DNA of 64,000 bases from a candidate division WOR-3 bacterium. GTDB lineage: Bacteria; Hydrothermota; Tepidihabitantia; Tepidihabitantales; Tepidihabitantaceae. Under the pieces are notes generated by a model. It was not told the DNA's origin, did not search any database, and worked only from the letters and a program-made list of their open reading frames with translations. The DNA lies in assembly GCA_965649295.1 (NCBI GenBank), contig CBFGKH010000003.1, forward strand, positions 96,001-160,000, given 5' to 3'. Below, piece after piece: positions 9,812-20,200 of this stretch (position 1 is its first letter; each line of letters opens with the position of its first letter). The position numbers and the translations under genes were made by a program.

Positions 9812-10913
9812 GATTGCGTACGGCGGCGATGATTTCGGCGGGCGCGATTGGCCGACCGATAGCATTGACACCAATGACACTAGCACGACCGCTTGCCCCC
9901 CACAGCAGCAGCCGAAGCTGACCGGTCAGATTCTCCTCGGCAACGATGACCCGTTGATAGCGGGAAGCTGTCGCCGTGACCAATGGCGGCAGCGGCAGTA
10001 GCGTCTTGGGAATACAGAGCGAGACGGGAACACCCGCTTCGCGCAGTCGCAAGACAGCGTGACGGGCAGCTAGCGCGGTGACATCCCAGGCAATGACCAG
10101 CGTATCGGCTTCAGCTTGTTCATCCAGCTCGACACGAGTGTAGAAGCTGAGGTTGGCAACAGCCTTCTCGTGCAGACGGCGAGTGTTGGCCAGTGCCTCA
10201 GGATCAAGGTGACGGACAATCCCATTGCGGTCATGGGTTGAGGCGTTGAGCCGCACCTGCTGGTGCGGGTTGCCCACCGGCAGAAACGCCGGTACAAGGT
10301 CCGGGCCAGGCGCATAGGGAACATACGGTGCTGACGCGGGGTGCTCAGGCCGCGGTACCGGTTTGATTGGTTCGAGTGCTGCCAGGTCGCAGTCGCGCTG
10401 GGTCATCATCATCTCTTTCGAGGTGAGGAGAATGACCGGTGAGCGCAGCCGGACCGCTGTGGCCACGGCCAGAGCTGCCAGTGTCCAGCAGTCAGTCAGG
10501 TCGGCTGGACAGAGCACTGGCAGGGCATGACCACCCGAGATTACGCCGTTGAGGAGCAGCAGGTCGCCAGCCGCCCCGGCAGTCGCTGAACCGGTTGACG
10601 GCCCGAGCCGCTGGGCCAGCACAATGACCATCGGCAGCTCCATCATGTGCACCATATTGATGGACTCAACCATCAACGCAAAACCTGGGAACGAAGTTGC
10701 CGTTACCGGTAACCGGCCAGAAGCCGAGAACCCAGCCATCCACTGCAGCGCCGTAATTTCGTCCGGAGCAGCCAGGGCGTAGGGCATCCGTTGAAAACCG
10801 TAGGCGTAGAGTAGATTAGCCGGCGTAATCGGATAGCCAACATACGTATCGGCACCAGCAAGCGCGAGCGACTCGATTACCAGCCGCGAGCCGTCAACCA
10901 GGGCAGGGCGCAT
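9804..10913 (-). CDS. 2-oxoacid:ferredoxin oxidoreductase alpha subunit
   Basis: GYPITPA, DEITA, TATSFPGFALMVE, ELPMVIV.AQRLGPSTG, AEENLTGQ. Confidence 0.9.
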   Translation of the reverse strand: MRPALVDGSRLVIESLALAGADTYVGYPITPANLLYAYGFQRMPYALAAPDEITALQWMAGFSASGRLPVTATSFPGFALMVESINMVHMMELPMVIVLAQRLGPSTGSATAGAAGDLLLLNGVISGGHALPVLCPADLTDCWTLAALAVATAVRLRSPVILLTSKEMMMTQRDCDLAALEPIKPVPRPEHPASAPYVPYAPGPDLVPAFLPVGNPHQQVRLNASTHDRNGIVRHLDPEALANTRRLHEKAVANLSFYTRVELDEQAEADTLVIAWDVTALAARHAVLRLREAGVPVSLCIPKTLLPLPPLVTATASRYQRVIVAEENLTGQLRLLLWGASGRASVIGVNAIGRPIAPAEIIAAVRNRE

Positions 10914-12226
10914 TACGCCGGGTGCTTGACCCCAGTGGCAAGGCCGATGCGGCGGTAGGCAGCGTCAACGTGCCGAAGCAGATGACGAAGGTTTAGTGCC
11001 CTATCCAGCTCGCGGCGGCTCAGCCGGCGGACGATTGCGGGATTGGCACGAACCAGTTCCGGAAAGCTCTGGCCTTGGGCAGTGGCCTCAAACGCCAGGT
11101 CCTGAACCAGTTGGTAGGCACTGTCCTTGTCCATTCCAGCTCGAACCAGCGCTAGCATCACTGCTTGCGAGAAGAAAGTCTGACCGGACGATTCGAGATT
11201 GGCGAGCATTCGCTCTGGCCGCACCACAAGCCCGCTCAGCACGGCGGTGAGTTTGCGTACAGCGTAGTGCAGCAGGGTGAACGATTCGGGAATGATGATC
11301 CGCTCGGCCGCCGAGTTTGTCAGGTCACGCTCGTGCCAGAGAGCAATATTGTCCATGCCGGCCTGCGCATACCCGCGAATCACCCGTGCCAGACTGGTTA
11401 CCCGCTCGCAGATAATCGGATTCTTCTTGTGCGGCATCGCTGATGAACCGCGTTGCCCCCGACCGAACGGCTCACCAACCTCACCAATCTCAGTACGCTG
11501 GAGATTGCGAATCTCCGTGGCGATACGTTCGAGTCCGGTGGCGCAGACCGCCAAGGTGTTGAGCAAACAGGCATGACGGTCGCGGGGAATGACCTGAGTC
11601 GAGACCGGCTCAACCGCCAGCCCGAGCCGCCGCAGCACTCGTTTCTCAACTTCTGGACTCTGCTGGGTGTAGGAGCCGACCGCCCCAGAAAGCTTGCCGA
11701 AGCGCAGTTCGGCCATCGCTGCCTTCAGCCGTTCGATGTTGCGACTCACCTCGGCATACCAGGAGAGGGCCTTTAGACCAAAGGTTATCGGCTCGGCATG
11801 GACACCGTGGGTGCGCCCCATCATCGGTGTGTGCTTGTGTTCAAGCGCCAGCCGGGCACACTGCACCCGCAGGTCACCGAAAGCAGCAATCAGTATTTCG
11901 AGTGCCGAGATGCAGCGCAATGACAATGCCGTATCAACCACGTCGTAGGACGTAAGGCCATAGTGGACATAGCTACCGGCACTGCCCACACTCTTAGCAA
12001 CACTGCGGGTGAAGGCAATGACATCGTGGTTCGTCTCTTTCTCGAAGCGGTCAATCTCCGCGATACTGAAGGTGGCGCGCTGAATGCGACGAGCAGCGGT
12101 CTTGGGTATGAGACCGAGTTCAGCCTGAACCAGCGCCACCGTCTTCTCGACCAAGAGCCAAGAACCAAACTTGGCCTCCTCGCTCCAGAGGTTGGCCATT
12201 TCGGGCGTGTCGTAGCGACCGGTCAT
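10913..12226 (-). CDS. purB: Adenylosuccinate lyase
   Basis: RY..PEM..LWS, HDVIAF, HYGLTSYD, GRTHGVHAEP, GSSAMPHKKNP, LWHERDL. Confidence 0.97.
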   Translation of the reverse strand: MTGRYDTPEMANLWSEEAKFGSWLLVEKTVALVQAELGLIPKTAARRIQRATFSIAEIDRFEKETNHDVIAFTRSVAKSVGSAGSYVHYGLTSYDVVDTALSLRCISALEILIAAFGDLRVQCARLALEHKHTPMMGRTHGVHAEPITFGLKALSWYAEVSRNIERLKAAMAELRFGKLSGAVGSYTQQSPEVEKRVLRRLGLAVEPVSTQVIPRDRHACLLNTLAVCATGLERIATEIRNLQRTEIGEVGEPFGRGQRGSSAMPHKKNPIICERVTSLARVIRGYAQAGMDNIALWHERDLTNSAAERIIIPESFTLLHYAVRKLTAVLSGLVVRPERMLANLESSGQTFFSQAVMLALVRAGMDKDSAYQLVQDLAFEATAQGQSFPELVRANPAIVRRLSRRELDRALNLRHLLRHVDAAYRRIGLATGVKHPA

Positions 12227-13305
12227 CGCAGTCGGTAGAGCAGGCGAATCTGCTCGCCGTTGCGGTCAATCACGATGTCAATAATCCGACCGAGTTGTTC
12301 ATAAAGCCGAGCAAACCCGGCCGCCGAAGAGACTGCCTTGCCCTGAGCCAAAAGAATCACATCGCCCGGCGCCATGCCGATTGTCTCGCCGATTGAACCC
12401 GCCGGCACCTCAACAACCACAACACCACGGCGATGGCCAAGACTGTAGAGGTTACGCAGGGAAGGAGTGATATCAGCAACTTTGATACCAAGGCCGGTAC
12501 TGATGCGAACAAAGCCAGAACCAGCAGTCCCGCGTACCTCGCGGATAAACTCTTTGGCATCGTTGATCGGCCGAGCAAAGCCAATGCCCTCAGACCCGCC
12601 GGAATGGCTAAAGATGAAAGTATTGATGCCAATGACCTCGCCGGCAGCGTTCACCAGTGCACCGCCCGAATTGCCCGGGTTGATGGCAGCATCGGTCTGA
12701 ATCATGTCGGCATACACGGCATCTCGCTGCCCAGCCTTGATGTCGCGGTGGAGAGCAGAGATAACACCAACCGTCACGGTCGGCTGAGCATCGTCAATCA
12801 TGAATCCGAAAGGATTGCCGATGGCAATCGCCCATTCGCCAATAATCAGGTCATCAGAGTTGCCGAGCGGAGCAGCGGGTAGGTCCTTAGCCCGAACCTT
12901 GAGCAAGGCCAGGTCGCGGTTCGAGTCAATCCCTTCAATCTCGGCATCAAACTCGCGGTTGTCGGGCAAAGTTACCTTCACCCGCGATGCGTTGTGAACC
13001 ACATGGGCATTGGTCAGCACGTCGCCATCGGCCGAGACAATCACGCCTGAACCCATTGACTTCACTTCCTGCCGGTACTGACGGCGCGGAAAGAAATCGC
13101 GGAAGAAATCATCGAAAGCACCGAATCCGCCAAATGGGTCGTAGGTCACGACTCGGGTCTGAGTTACGGTTACCGAGACAACTGCCGGACTGACACGCCG
13201 AGCAGCAAGCACGATGGCATTGGTGCGCGAGGCAGTAACATCTTCCCCGGGAGACGATGCCAGCAGTAGCGAACAGACAAAGATGACGACCGCCAGCTTT
13301 CTCAT
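12223..13305 (-). CDS. HtrA/DegP-like trypsin serine protease with PDZ domain
   Basis: Signal peptide, GSGVI, TNAHVV, DLALL, IQTDAAINPGNSGGAL. Confidence 0.93.
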   Translation of the reverse strand: MRKLAVVIFVCSLLLASSPGEDVTASRTNAIVLAARRVSPAVVSVTVTQTRVVTYDPFGGFGAFDDFFRDFFPRRQYRQEVKSMGSGVIVSADGDVLTNAHVVHNASRVKVTLPDNREFDAEIEGIDSNRDLALLKVRAKDLPAAPLGNSDDLIIGEWAIAIGNPFGFMIDDAQPTVTVGVISALHRDIKAGQRDAVYADMIQTDAAINPGNSGGALVNAAGEVIGINTFIFSHSGGSEGIGFARPINDAKEFIREVRGTAGSGFVRISTGLGIKVADITPSLRNLYSLGHRRGVVVVEVPAGSIGETIGMAPGDVILLAQGKAVSSAAGFARLYEQLGRIIDIVIDRNGEQIRLLYRLR

Positions 13306-13397
13306 CGGTGCGCCAGTCTAGCAGCAGGACAGAACAAGGTCAAGAAACGGAGACCAGTATCTTGACACGCCAATACCAGTGCATATCCTCAGTGACA

Positions 13398-14102
13398 ATG
13401 AAGTGGTTCATCGTCCTCTCGCTAGTTGTACCAGCGCATGCCATCCTCTACAACATTGACGCACCGGTACCAATCTCACTCGGCCATGGCGAGTATTTCG
13501 TTGCGACCCGGCTCTGGGGTGCTGGTGGAGCACTTGTCCGTGGCGGCGTCGGGCTTTTTGACCGGGTAACGCTCGGCATCTCGTACGGCGGTGACCACCT
13601 TTTGGGCAACGACTCAGTCCGTCTTTATCGTCGGCCCGAGTTTCAAGGCCGGCTCGCAGTGCTCAACGAGTCGGGCTATATCCCGGCACTGACTGTTGGG
13701 TTTGAAAGTCAGGGTTACGATGACCTTCTCGTGATTGCCGAAAGTGGCCGGGACACATCCTACCGCTATGCGGTACTGCCCCGCGGAGCTTACCTTGGCA
13801 TCGGCAAGACCATCGATCCGATTCGCACTTTTGTCCAGGTCGGGGCGAACTACTGGGGCGGATTCGACGGCTTTCTTGCCGCCAACTGTCTGCTCCCGGG
13901 TAGTGTCGAAATGATGCTGGAATATGACCCAGCCCTCAACGATCGGCAATCACTCTGGCAGGGCGGGCTGCTCAACCTTGGGATTGGCTGGACAATTGCC
14001 AACAAAGTTCGACTCGCCCTAGGCCTGCGCGACTTGCTCGGCAACCGTCGCGAAACGTTCTTCAACCGGATAATCGAGATTTCGATAAACGACCGCTTCT
14101 AG
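13398..14102 (+). CDS. Hypothetical exported/outer-membrane beta-barrel-like protein (YjbH-like)
   Basis: Signal peptide MKWFIVLSLVVPAHA, amphipathic strands, terminal Phe. Start moved to ATG 13398, behind TTGACA-N16-TATCCT. Confidence 0.7.
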   Translation: MKWFIVLSLVVPAHAILYNIDAPVPISLGHGEYFVATRLWGAGGALVRGGVGLFDRVTLGISYGGDHLLGNDSVRLYRRPEFQGRLAVLNESGYIPALTVGFESQGYDDLLVIAESGRDTSYRYAVLPRGAYLGIGKTIDPIRTFVQVGANYWGGFDGFLAANCLLPGSVEMMLEYDPALNDRQSLWQGGLLNLGIGWTIANKVRLALGLRDLLGNRRETFFNRIIEISINDRF

Positions 14103-14113
14103 CGTCCGGCTGC

Positions 14114-14476
14114 CTACCGTAATGGCCGGGCACGAAGAGCGACGCCGTCCAGAGCAATCACCAATGTGTCAAACCCTGGTGCATCGAACGTGCGCTGAGC
14201 AATCGCCAAGCACGAATCAACCATCAGCTCTTTTGCAGTTGAATCGCTGGTTCTGGCAACAATGTTGATCACGACATTGCGAGTACGCGGACGCGGGGAA
14301 CTACTCCGAACCTGAAAATCGGCTTGCGGGTATGACTGCTGCAAGGCGGTGCGCGTCCGCTCGATGGCAGAAAATAGTCTGTTCTGCGCCGCAGCGTAGC
14401 GGGCCGTTCGCGCCAAAAAGAGCAGAACTGCACCGGTCAGTAGGACGAGAAAAACCAGCCACATCAGCCGAGTCAC
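14114..14476 (-). CDS. Hypothetical membrane-anchored protein
   Basis: N-terminal hydrophobic helix; promoter TTGACG-N16-TATCAT ends 6 nt upstream of the GTG. Confidence 0.7.
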   Translation of the reverse strand: MTRLMWLVFLVLLTGAVLLFLARTARYAAAQNRLFSAIERTRTALQQSYPQADFQVRSSSPRPRTRNVVINIVARTSDSTAKELMVDSCLAIAQRTFDAPGFDTLVIALDGVALRARPLR

Positions 14477-14614
14477 GACAGAATGATAGACTAACAGTAA
14501 GCCACGTCAAACCGCCGGCCAAGCCACCACCAATACAACGTCGTTCAAGCCTATTAGCCGGCCGGCCCTATCGCCACTGCGTTGACAGAACAAAGGGTCT
14601 CGTTATGATGCAGC

Positions 14615-15388
14615 ATGGCTCAGCTTGGTAGAGTTCGAAAGGAACGGCCGAAGAAGAAGTTTCGGCTATCGTGGGACCTCGTTCAGTGGGTAGTCGTTGG
14701 GGTCGTTGCGGCTTTCATGGGCTTCTTCCTGATCCGGGCCCTCATCTCGCGCCCAACCGACACCCCGCCGATCCCATTCCTAACACAACAACAGCCAGAC
14801 CTGATTGCCCTGACCCGCACGCTCGGCGAGATAAACCTCGACTCGACGACCCGCAGCATATTCCCGGCTGAGCTGGCAAGTCGGCTACCGACGTTCGACT
14901 CGCTGGTTGCGGAACGCCGCTTCAATGAGGCGGTCGAAGGGCTGCAGCGCCATCTACGTAAGGCGACCTCGGCTGAAACAGCGGCGATTCGGGCCTATCT
15001 TGGTTACTGTTACCTGCAGACAACAGCCTATGACCTGGCCTTGATGCACTGGCGCAAGGCACGGCTCATCGCGGTGCAGGCACTGCCCAGGTTAGTGCCT
15101 TGGCTAGACTTTGCTATCGGCTTCTTGTTCCAGTCACGCAGCCTGCCAGACAGCGCTCTAGCCAGCTATCGCCGCATACCACCAGATGCAATCGTGCCGG
15201 TCGGATATGGCCGGCCAGGTGTCTTGAACAACACCGGAGTTGCGCTGGAACTGCTGGGCGACAGCACCGCTGCGGCTCAGCTCTATCTTGAGGCCCGAAC
15301 AGCGCTCGGTCCTGAACACCTGCCGCGGGCGGCCGAAGTCATCGCTGACAATATCGGCCGGCTGGCCCGGTTTCTACCCGAGCAGTAA
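14615..15388 (+). CDS. Membrane-anchored TPR-like protein
   Basis: Basic N-terminus plus TM helix; TPR-like YLGYCY, LNNTGVALE; promoter TTGACA-N16-TATGAT. Confidence 0.75.
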   Translation: MAQLGRVRKERPKKKFRLSWDLVQWVVVGVVAAFMGFFLIRALISRPTDTPPIPFLTQQQPDLIALTRTLGEINLDSTTRSIFPAELASRLPTFDSLVAERRFNEAVEGLQRHLRKATSAETAAIRAYLGYCYLQTTAYDLALMHWRKARLIAVQALPRLVPWLDFAIGFLFQSRSLPDSALASYRRIPPDAIVPVGYGRPGVLNNTGVALELLGDSTAAAQLYLEARTALGPEHLPRAAEVIADNIGRLARFLPEQ

Positions 15389-17239
15389 CTAGCCCCAGAG
15401 CGGGTCAACGTCAACGCGGACACTAACGCCCGGCCGTTCGAGTTCCTTGAGCGCTATCAGTCGATCAAGTCGCTGCGGCCGGGTGAGCTTGACCAGTAGC
15501 CGTAGCCGGTTCTGGCGGCCGCGCACTGAAACCGGCCCGAGCACAGTGACTCCCTGCTCTCGCTCTAGTCGCCGGGCGATTGTGGCAGCATGCCTAGCAA
15601 CAATAGCCTCAGTCTTGCCGGTGAGTTCGACAATCGCAATCCGACTTATCGGCGCGTAGCCCAGTTCTTTTCGTGCTGCCAGTTCTGCATCCAGAAAGCC
15701 GACAACGTTGCCGTTGCTTGCATACTCGACTACCGGATCGTCCGGACGACGGGTCTGAATCAACAACTTAGCGTTGTGGGTGGCTGCTCGGCTCATCAGT
15801 GCCGCAACAACCGAGAATGCGGTTTCGGCTGCTCGAAAATCAGGTCGGCAGAGTTCACCATCCAGAACCGGGGCCAGAACCAGAGCTGTGTCTTCAGGCC
15901 AACCCATACCAAACAGCGCTGCCGTACCAATCAGGATGGTGTTATTGCTGACGGTCGGTGGCGTCCTACCGGCTTCAACCAGTGCAATTCTTGAGCTAGT
16001 CGGGAGTTTGCGTATCTCCCTTTCGACTCCCTCTAGCCCGGGCGATCGGAACTCGAACTGCAGGCCACCACAGACCTGACACTGATCGGGTGCTGGTGAC
16101 CGGTGACCGCACCAAGGGCAACAGAGTTCACCACCAGATTGGAGGGTAGCATTGACCTGACATTGGGGACAGACCAGCGGAGTCGCGCATTCAGTGCAGG
16201 CGACATAGCGAGCGAGCCCGCGACGGTTGACATAGACGACAGCGCTCTGCCCACGAGCCATGGTCTTCTGAAGCTCATGCCGAGCCAACGGCGCAAGAAT
16301 CTCTCGATAATGACGCCGCATGTCTATGACTCGCAGGTCGGCCGGCGCCAGGCTTGGCCCGTGAAGCTGACGATAGCTGCCGTTCTTGACGTGATACCAA
16401 GTCTCAAGCGATGGGACTGTGTCGCAAAGCAGTGTTGAACACCCAGCCGCCTGAGCCCGCAGAATCGCCACGTCGCGGGCATGAAAGCGGGGATACCGCT
16501 CTTCTTTGTAGTGTCGGTCGTGCTCGTTCAGAACGACGATGCCGCGGAGGTCTGGTACCGGTGCGAAAACGGCTGAGCGCGTCCCGAGCACAATCCGGCG
16601 AGAGGAACAGCGCAACTCGAACCAAACCTGCCGACGCTGGCGCAAGCTCAGCCCGGCGTGATAGGGCACGACCGAAGAACTTGCCATTCTCTCCAGCTCG
16701 CGCTGCCAGTTACCTAGGTCGGTTTCCGGTGACAGAACAATTACCGACCCCCCTGCCAGCGCACTGGCAACATAGTTGGCGACGATCGGGTTCGGGTCTG
16801 AACTTCCCGAGAAAAGCACCACGTGACCATTGGTCGTTGTCGTCTGGGCGAATGACGGAAGGCCAAAGGTCGAAGGTTGGGACTCAATAGCTGGCAGTTT
16901 CTTGCTAGTCGTGACTATCCCGCGGGGCAGTATCAGACCTAGCGTCGTGCCGATGTGACCAAAGTAGTATGAATTCACCCGCAGGGCAAGCCGGATGAGT
17001 TCAGCCGGAACTAGCTGTGGCCAAAGCAATTGCTCAACCGACAGAATACGCGAGACTGCTGGTCTAGACCCACGTCCGATAACAATAGCTCGCACCCGTT
17101 TGTTGCGCAGTCGCACAAGCACACAGTCACCAGCATCCAGGTTTGGCAGAACTGCCGGGTCGTATTGGTAGGTCAGCTCAGCGAGTCGCGTATGGGGTAT
17201 CGCGACGTCACAGTATTGTGGCTGCGCCGGTTCGGCCAT
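15389..17239 (-). CDS. priA: Primosomal protein N' (PriA) with degenerate helicase motifs
   Basis: N-terminal 3'-binding domain, LGTRSAVFAP, YKEE.YPRFHARDVA, NRRG, four CxxC pairs, PDFRAAE, IQT, LGP, C-terminal DVDP. Confidence 0.9.
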   Translation of the reverse strand: MAEPAQPQYCDVAIPHTRLAELTYQYDPAVLPNLDAGDCVLVRLRNKRVRAIVIGRGSRPAVSRILSVEQLLWPQLVPAELIRLALRVNSYYFGHIGTTLGLILPRGIVTTSKKLPAIESQPSTFGLPSFAQTTTTNGHVVLFSGSSDPNPIVANYVASALAGGSVIVLSPETDLGNWQRELERMASSSVVPYHAGLSLRQRRQVWFELRCSSRRIVLGTRSAVFAPVPDLRGIVVLNEHDRHYKEERYPRFHARDVAILRAQAAGCSTLLCDTVPSLETWYHVKNGSYRQLHGPSLAPADLRVIDMRRHYREILAPLARHELQKTMARGQSAVVYVNRRGLARYVACTECATPLVCPQCQVNATLQSGGELCCPWCGHRSPAPDQCQVCGGLQFEFRSPGLEGVEREIRKLPTSSRIALVEAGRTPPTVSNNTILIGTAALFGMGWPEDTALVLAPVLDGELCRPDFRAAETAFSVVAALMSRAATHNAKLLIQTRRPDDPVVEYASNGNVVGFLDAELAARKELGYAPISRIAIVELTGKTEAIVARHAATIARRLEREQGVTVLGPVSVRGRQNRLRLLVKLTRPQRLDRLIALKELERPGVSVRVDVDPLWG

Positions 17240-17248
17240 CAGGATGCA

Positions 17249-20200
17249 CTAATACCTGAGCTTGAACCGGTAACGGAGAGAATAGCGACCGTCTTCGCTA
17301 CGGCCGGCTACTAGCTCATTACGGCGGTTGAGGTAGTATTCAACACGAAAGACCGGCTGCAGGTCACCGGTGAAGCTCTGGGCATATGACACATAGAGGT
17401 TGCGACCGATGTACTTGCCAACGGTCACCCGTGTATCGCGACCACTAATCAAGCCGGTCTCAAACTCGAGATAGTCAAGACTGGCGAATGAACGGGCACG
17501 TTTGGCAGCCTGAGTCTGAAAGTAGCTGAGCAACCGATCCGAGAGAAGCCGGGTTACAGCCTCTTTCTGGTCAAGAGCGTTGAGCTCGTCCGGCGTCACG
17601 TTGAGGCTCAGATAGGACGCGATCTCTTCTGCCCCCCAGCCAGGAGGATCAGAAGCCAGATCGAAAACCGGCTGTTCCAGAGTGCCAGTAAGGGTAATAA
17701 CAATCCGTTCTGGCGTATCCGCGCCGCCGTTGCGGTGCAATGCCCGCACCGGCATCGCCGCAACGATTGCCAGGTCTGGGTCAAGTCGGTTGATATTCTC
17801 GAAACGCACAACTCCGCTATCCACGCGCAAGGTGTGGTCCAAGTAGTAAAGCGACCCCTGCCGCGAAACCAGCTCGCCAGAGTAGATCACATCGGTACGG
17901 GTCTTACGCACATTCAGGTCAATGCCAAATTCGATATCGGCGAGTTGATTACGAAGCCAGATGTTCCGCTCACCGCGAACACGAACGTCGTAAAGCAGGG
18001 TTGTGTCCGGTCGGGAAGGTGGTAGTGCGGGCCGGCCAAAGCCGTAGGCAATCAGCGCCTCGTCAACATCAACTTGGCCGGCTAGGGACAATGGTTTGAT
18101 TGGTGACCAATCAACTCGGAGTCGGCCCGAGCCGATGGCAAAAAGCTCGGGTTCAGGATTGAATGTCACACCGCTGAACTGAACATCACACTGGATCGAA
18201 TCAACGACCCAGTTCGCGCCGAGGTCAACAAACCCGTTGACAAAGACCATCCCCTTGCCCGATTCGCCAGCAATCTTCTGTAGCGTAATCCGACAGCTGT
18301 CGAACGTCAACTCGGCGGCAACGCGCTCAACCGCCAGATTGAGATCAGGCATCAGCACGCGAGCACGTGAGATTCGAGCCCGGCCTTTGAGCCGAGGACG
18401 CGTCAGCTCACCACTTAGCTGAACATCGCCATAGATGAGCGGCTGCCGGACAGCAAATGTTGGCACGAGGAAGAAAAGCGCCCACGCTCCAGGGTTACGC
18501 AAGGCGATATCAAGATCAGCCGGACCAAGTCCGAAACTACCGTTGAGGTTGAGAGCGATTGTCCCGCTGATGCGACTCGTGTCGGGCATAGTCGGATCAG
18601 CACTGATCAGGGCCAGGCTGTCAATTCTCAACTGGTCCCGGCTGATTCTGGCACCAAGTACAGCGCTGGCCAGTTCCAGACCGATTGCCGGCAGAACCGG
18701 CTGGCTAATCCTGAGCTCGACAACCATCGTATCCTGACCATTGATATCAACGTCCAGTGTTCCTCGGCACGGCTCGTTCAGTCTGAACAAGCCAGCAAGC
18801 TGAGCGATATCCAGTTGGCGAGCCGCCAGCCTTAGCCGAGGAAGTCCTTTCGCGGCCGCGGCCAGGTCGAACTCAAATCTGCCCCCAGCAATAGCAGCAG
18901 CAACTCCCTGCAGCAGAACCGAGTCGGAGAAAACTACCAGCCTAAATGGCTGAGTTGTAACCAAAGTCTCTTGTTCCGTGGAGAACCGAAAACTGCTGGC
19001 GGTCAGGTCAAGTCGGTCAAGCCTCAGCCGGACATCACCAGCCGCTAGCAGTTCGTTCTGGGGCAGTCGCAGTCTCAGGTCAAGTCGGCCACTGTCGAGA
19101 CCGATACTGGCGCGGTCAATATTGATACCAACCGCAGTCAGCGACTCAGCATCGAGCGTTAGCATCCCTAGCAGCTCTTCCTGATAACTTAGATCAAGGG
19201 CGGCCCGAGCGTGAGCAACCTTGACTCTGGCTACCGCCAGTCCGCTGGCGGCGATGGCACCGAACACCCGTGTACTGGTCTCGCCCATCACCATTGTCAG
19301 CTCGCCATCAAACTGGCCACTGGCAGGAACCGCCAGGATGTTGCCCAGCAGCCCTGCATCCAGCCGGTCAAACCGCACTTTTGCCCGGGTCCGGCCATCC
19401 TGCCATTGCCCGTTACCAGCCAGCTGACCAAGCGGACCAGCAATCGTAAACTCTTCAAGCCGTAACTGCTGTCGGTTGACAGCTCGCCGCCAGCTGACAG
19501 AAGCACGAAGACTCTCAACGCCCAACTCAGAAGCACTGGCGGCAATAGTGCAGTCAATCGAATCAATGCCCTGGCCACTAGCAACAACCCTGGCACCGAG
19601 CCGAACATTAGGCAAGTCATTGGTCAGCCTGCGCAACGCCAAGTCACGCAGTTTGGCCTCGACAGCGAAAGCCAGGGTCGTGATGTCAACACGGCCAGCA
19701 AGGTCAAACTCGCCCAGGGCAGTATCAGCACCGGCAGCGGACAGCTCGACAGTGTTATTCTGAAGTCTGAGATGGCCGGTTATCTCCGGCAGTGTGACTC
19801 GCCCAACCAGCAATCCGGTGGCCGCATACCTGCCGCTGGCACTGCGCGTCTTGTCCTCAATTCGACCCTCGCCGTGAAACCTAAACCAGCCGGGCTGATT
19901 CAGCAGCTCGGGCAAACTGACCCGCAACTCGCTGACTCGGAGACTCAGCCCATTGTCAGTCAAGCCGAGCTTAAGGTCGCCGGTGAGAACTGAAGCTGGC
20001 GTGGCGAGTTCGAAACCGATAAGACGAAGCGTGTCAGGTGTCAGTTCGAGTCGCGCCCGCATTCTGCGCACAGCCAGCTTCTTGGGCGCAAACACGGCAG
20101 TGAACGAATCGAGCTCAGCCTGCAGCAATCTGGGCCGAGAAAGGAGATTGAGTTCCAGCCCCAGCGAATCAACCAGCACCTGAGAATCAAGCACCACCTG

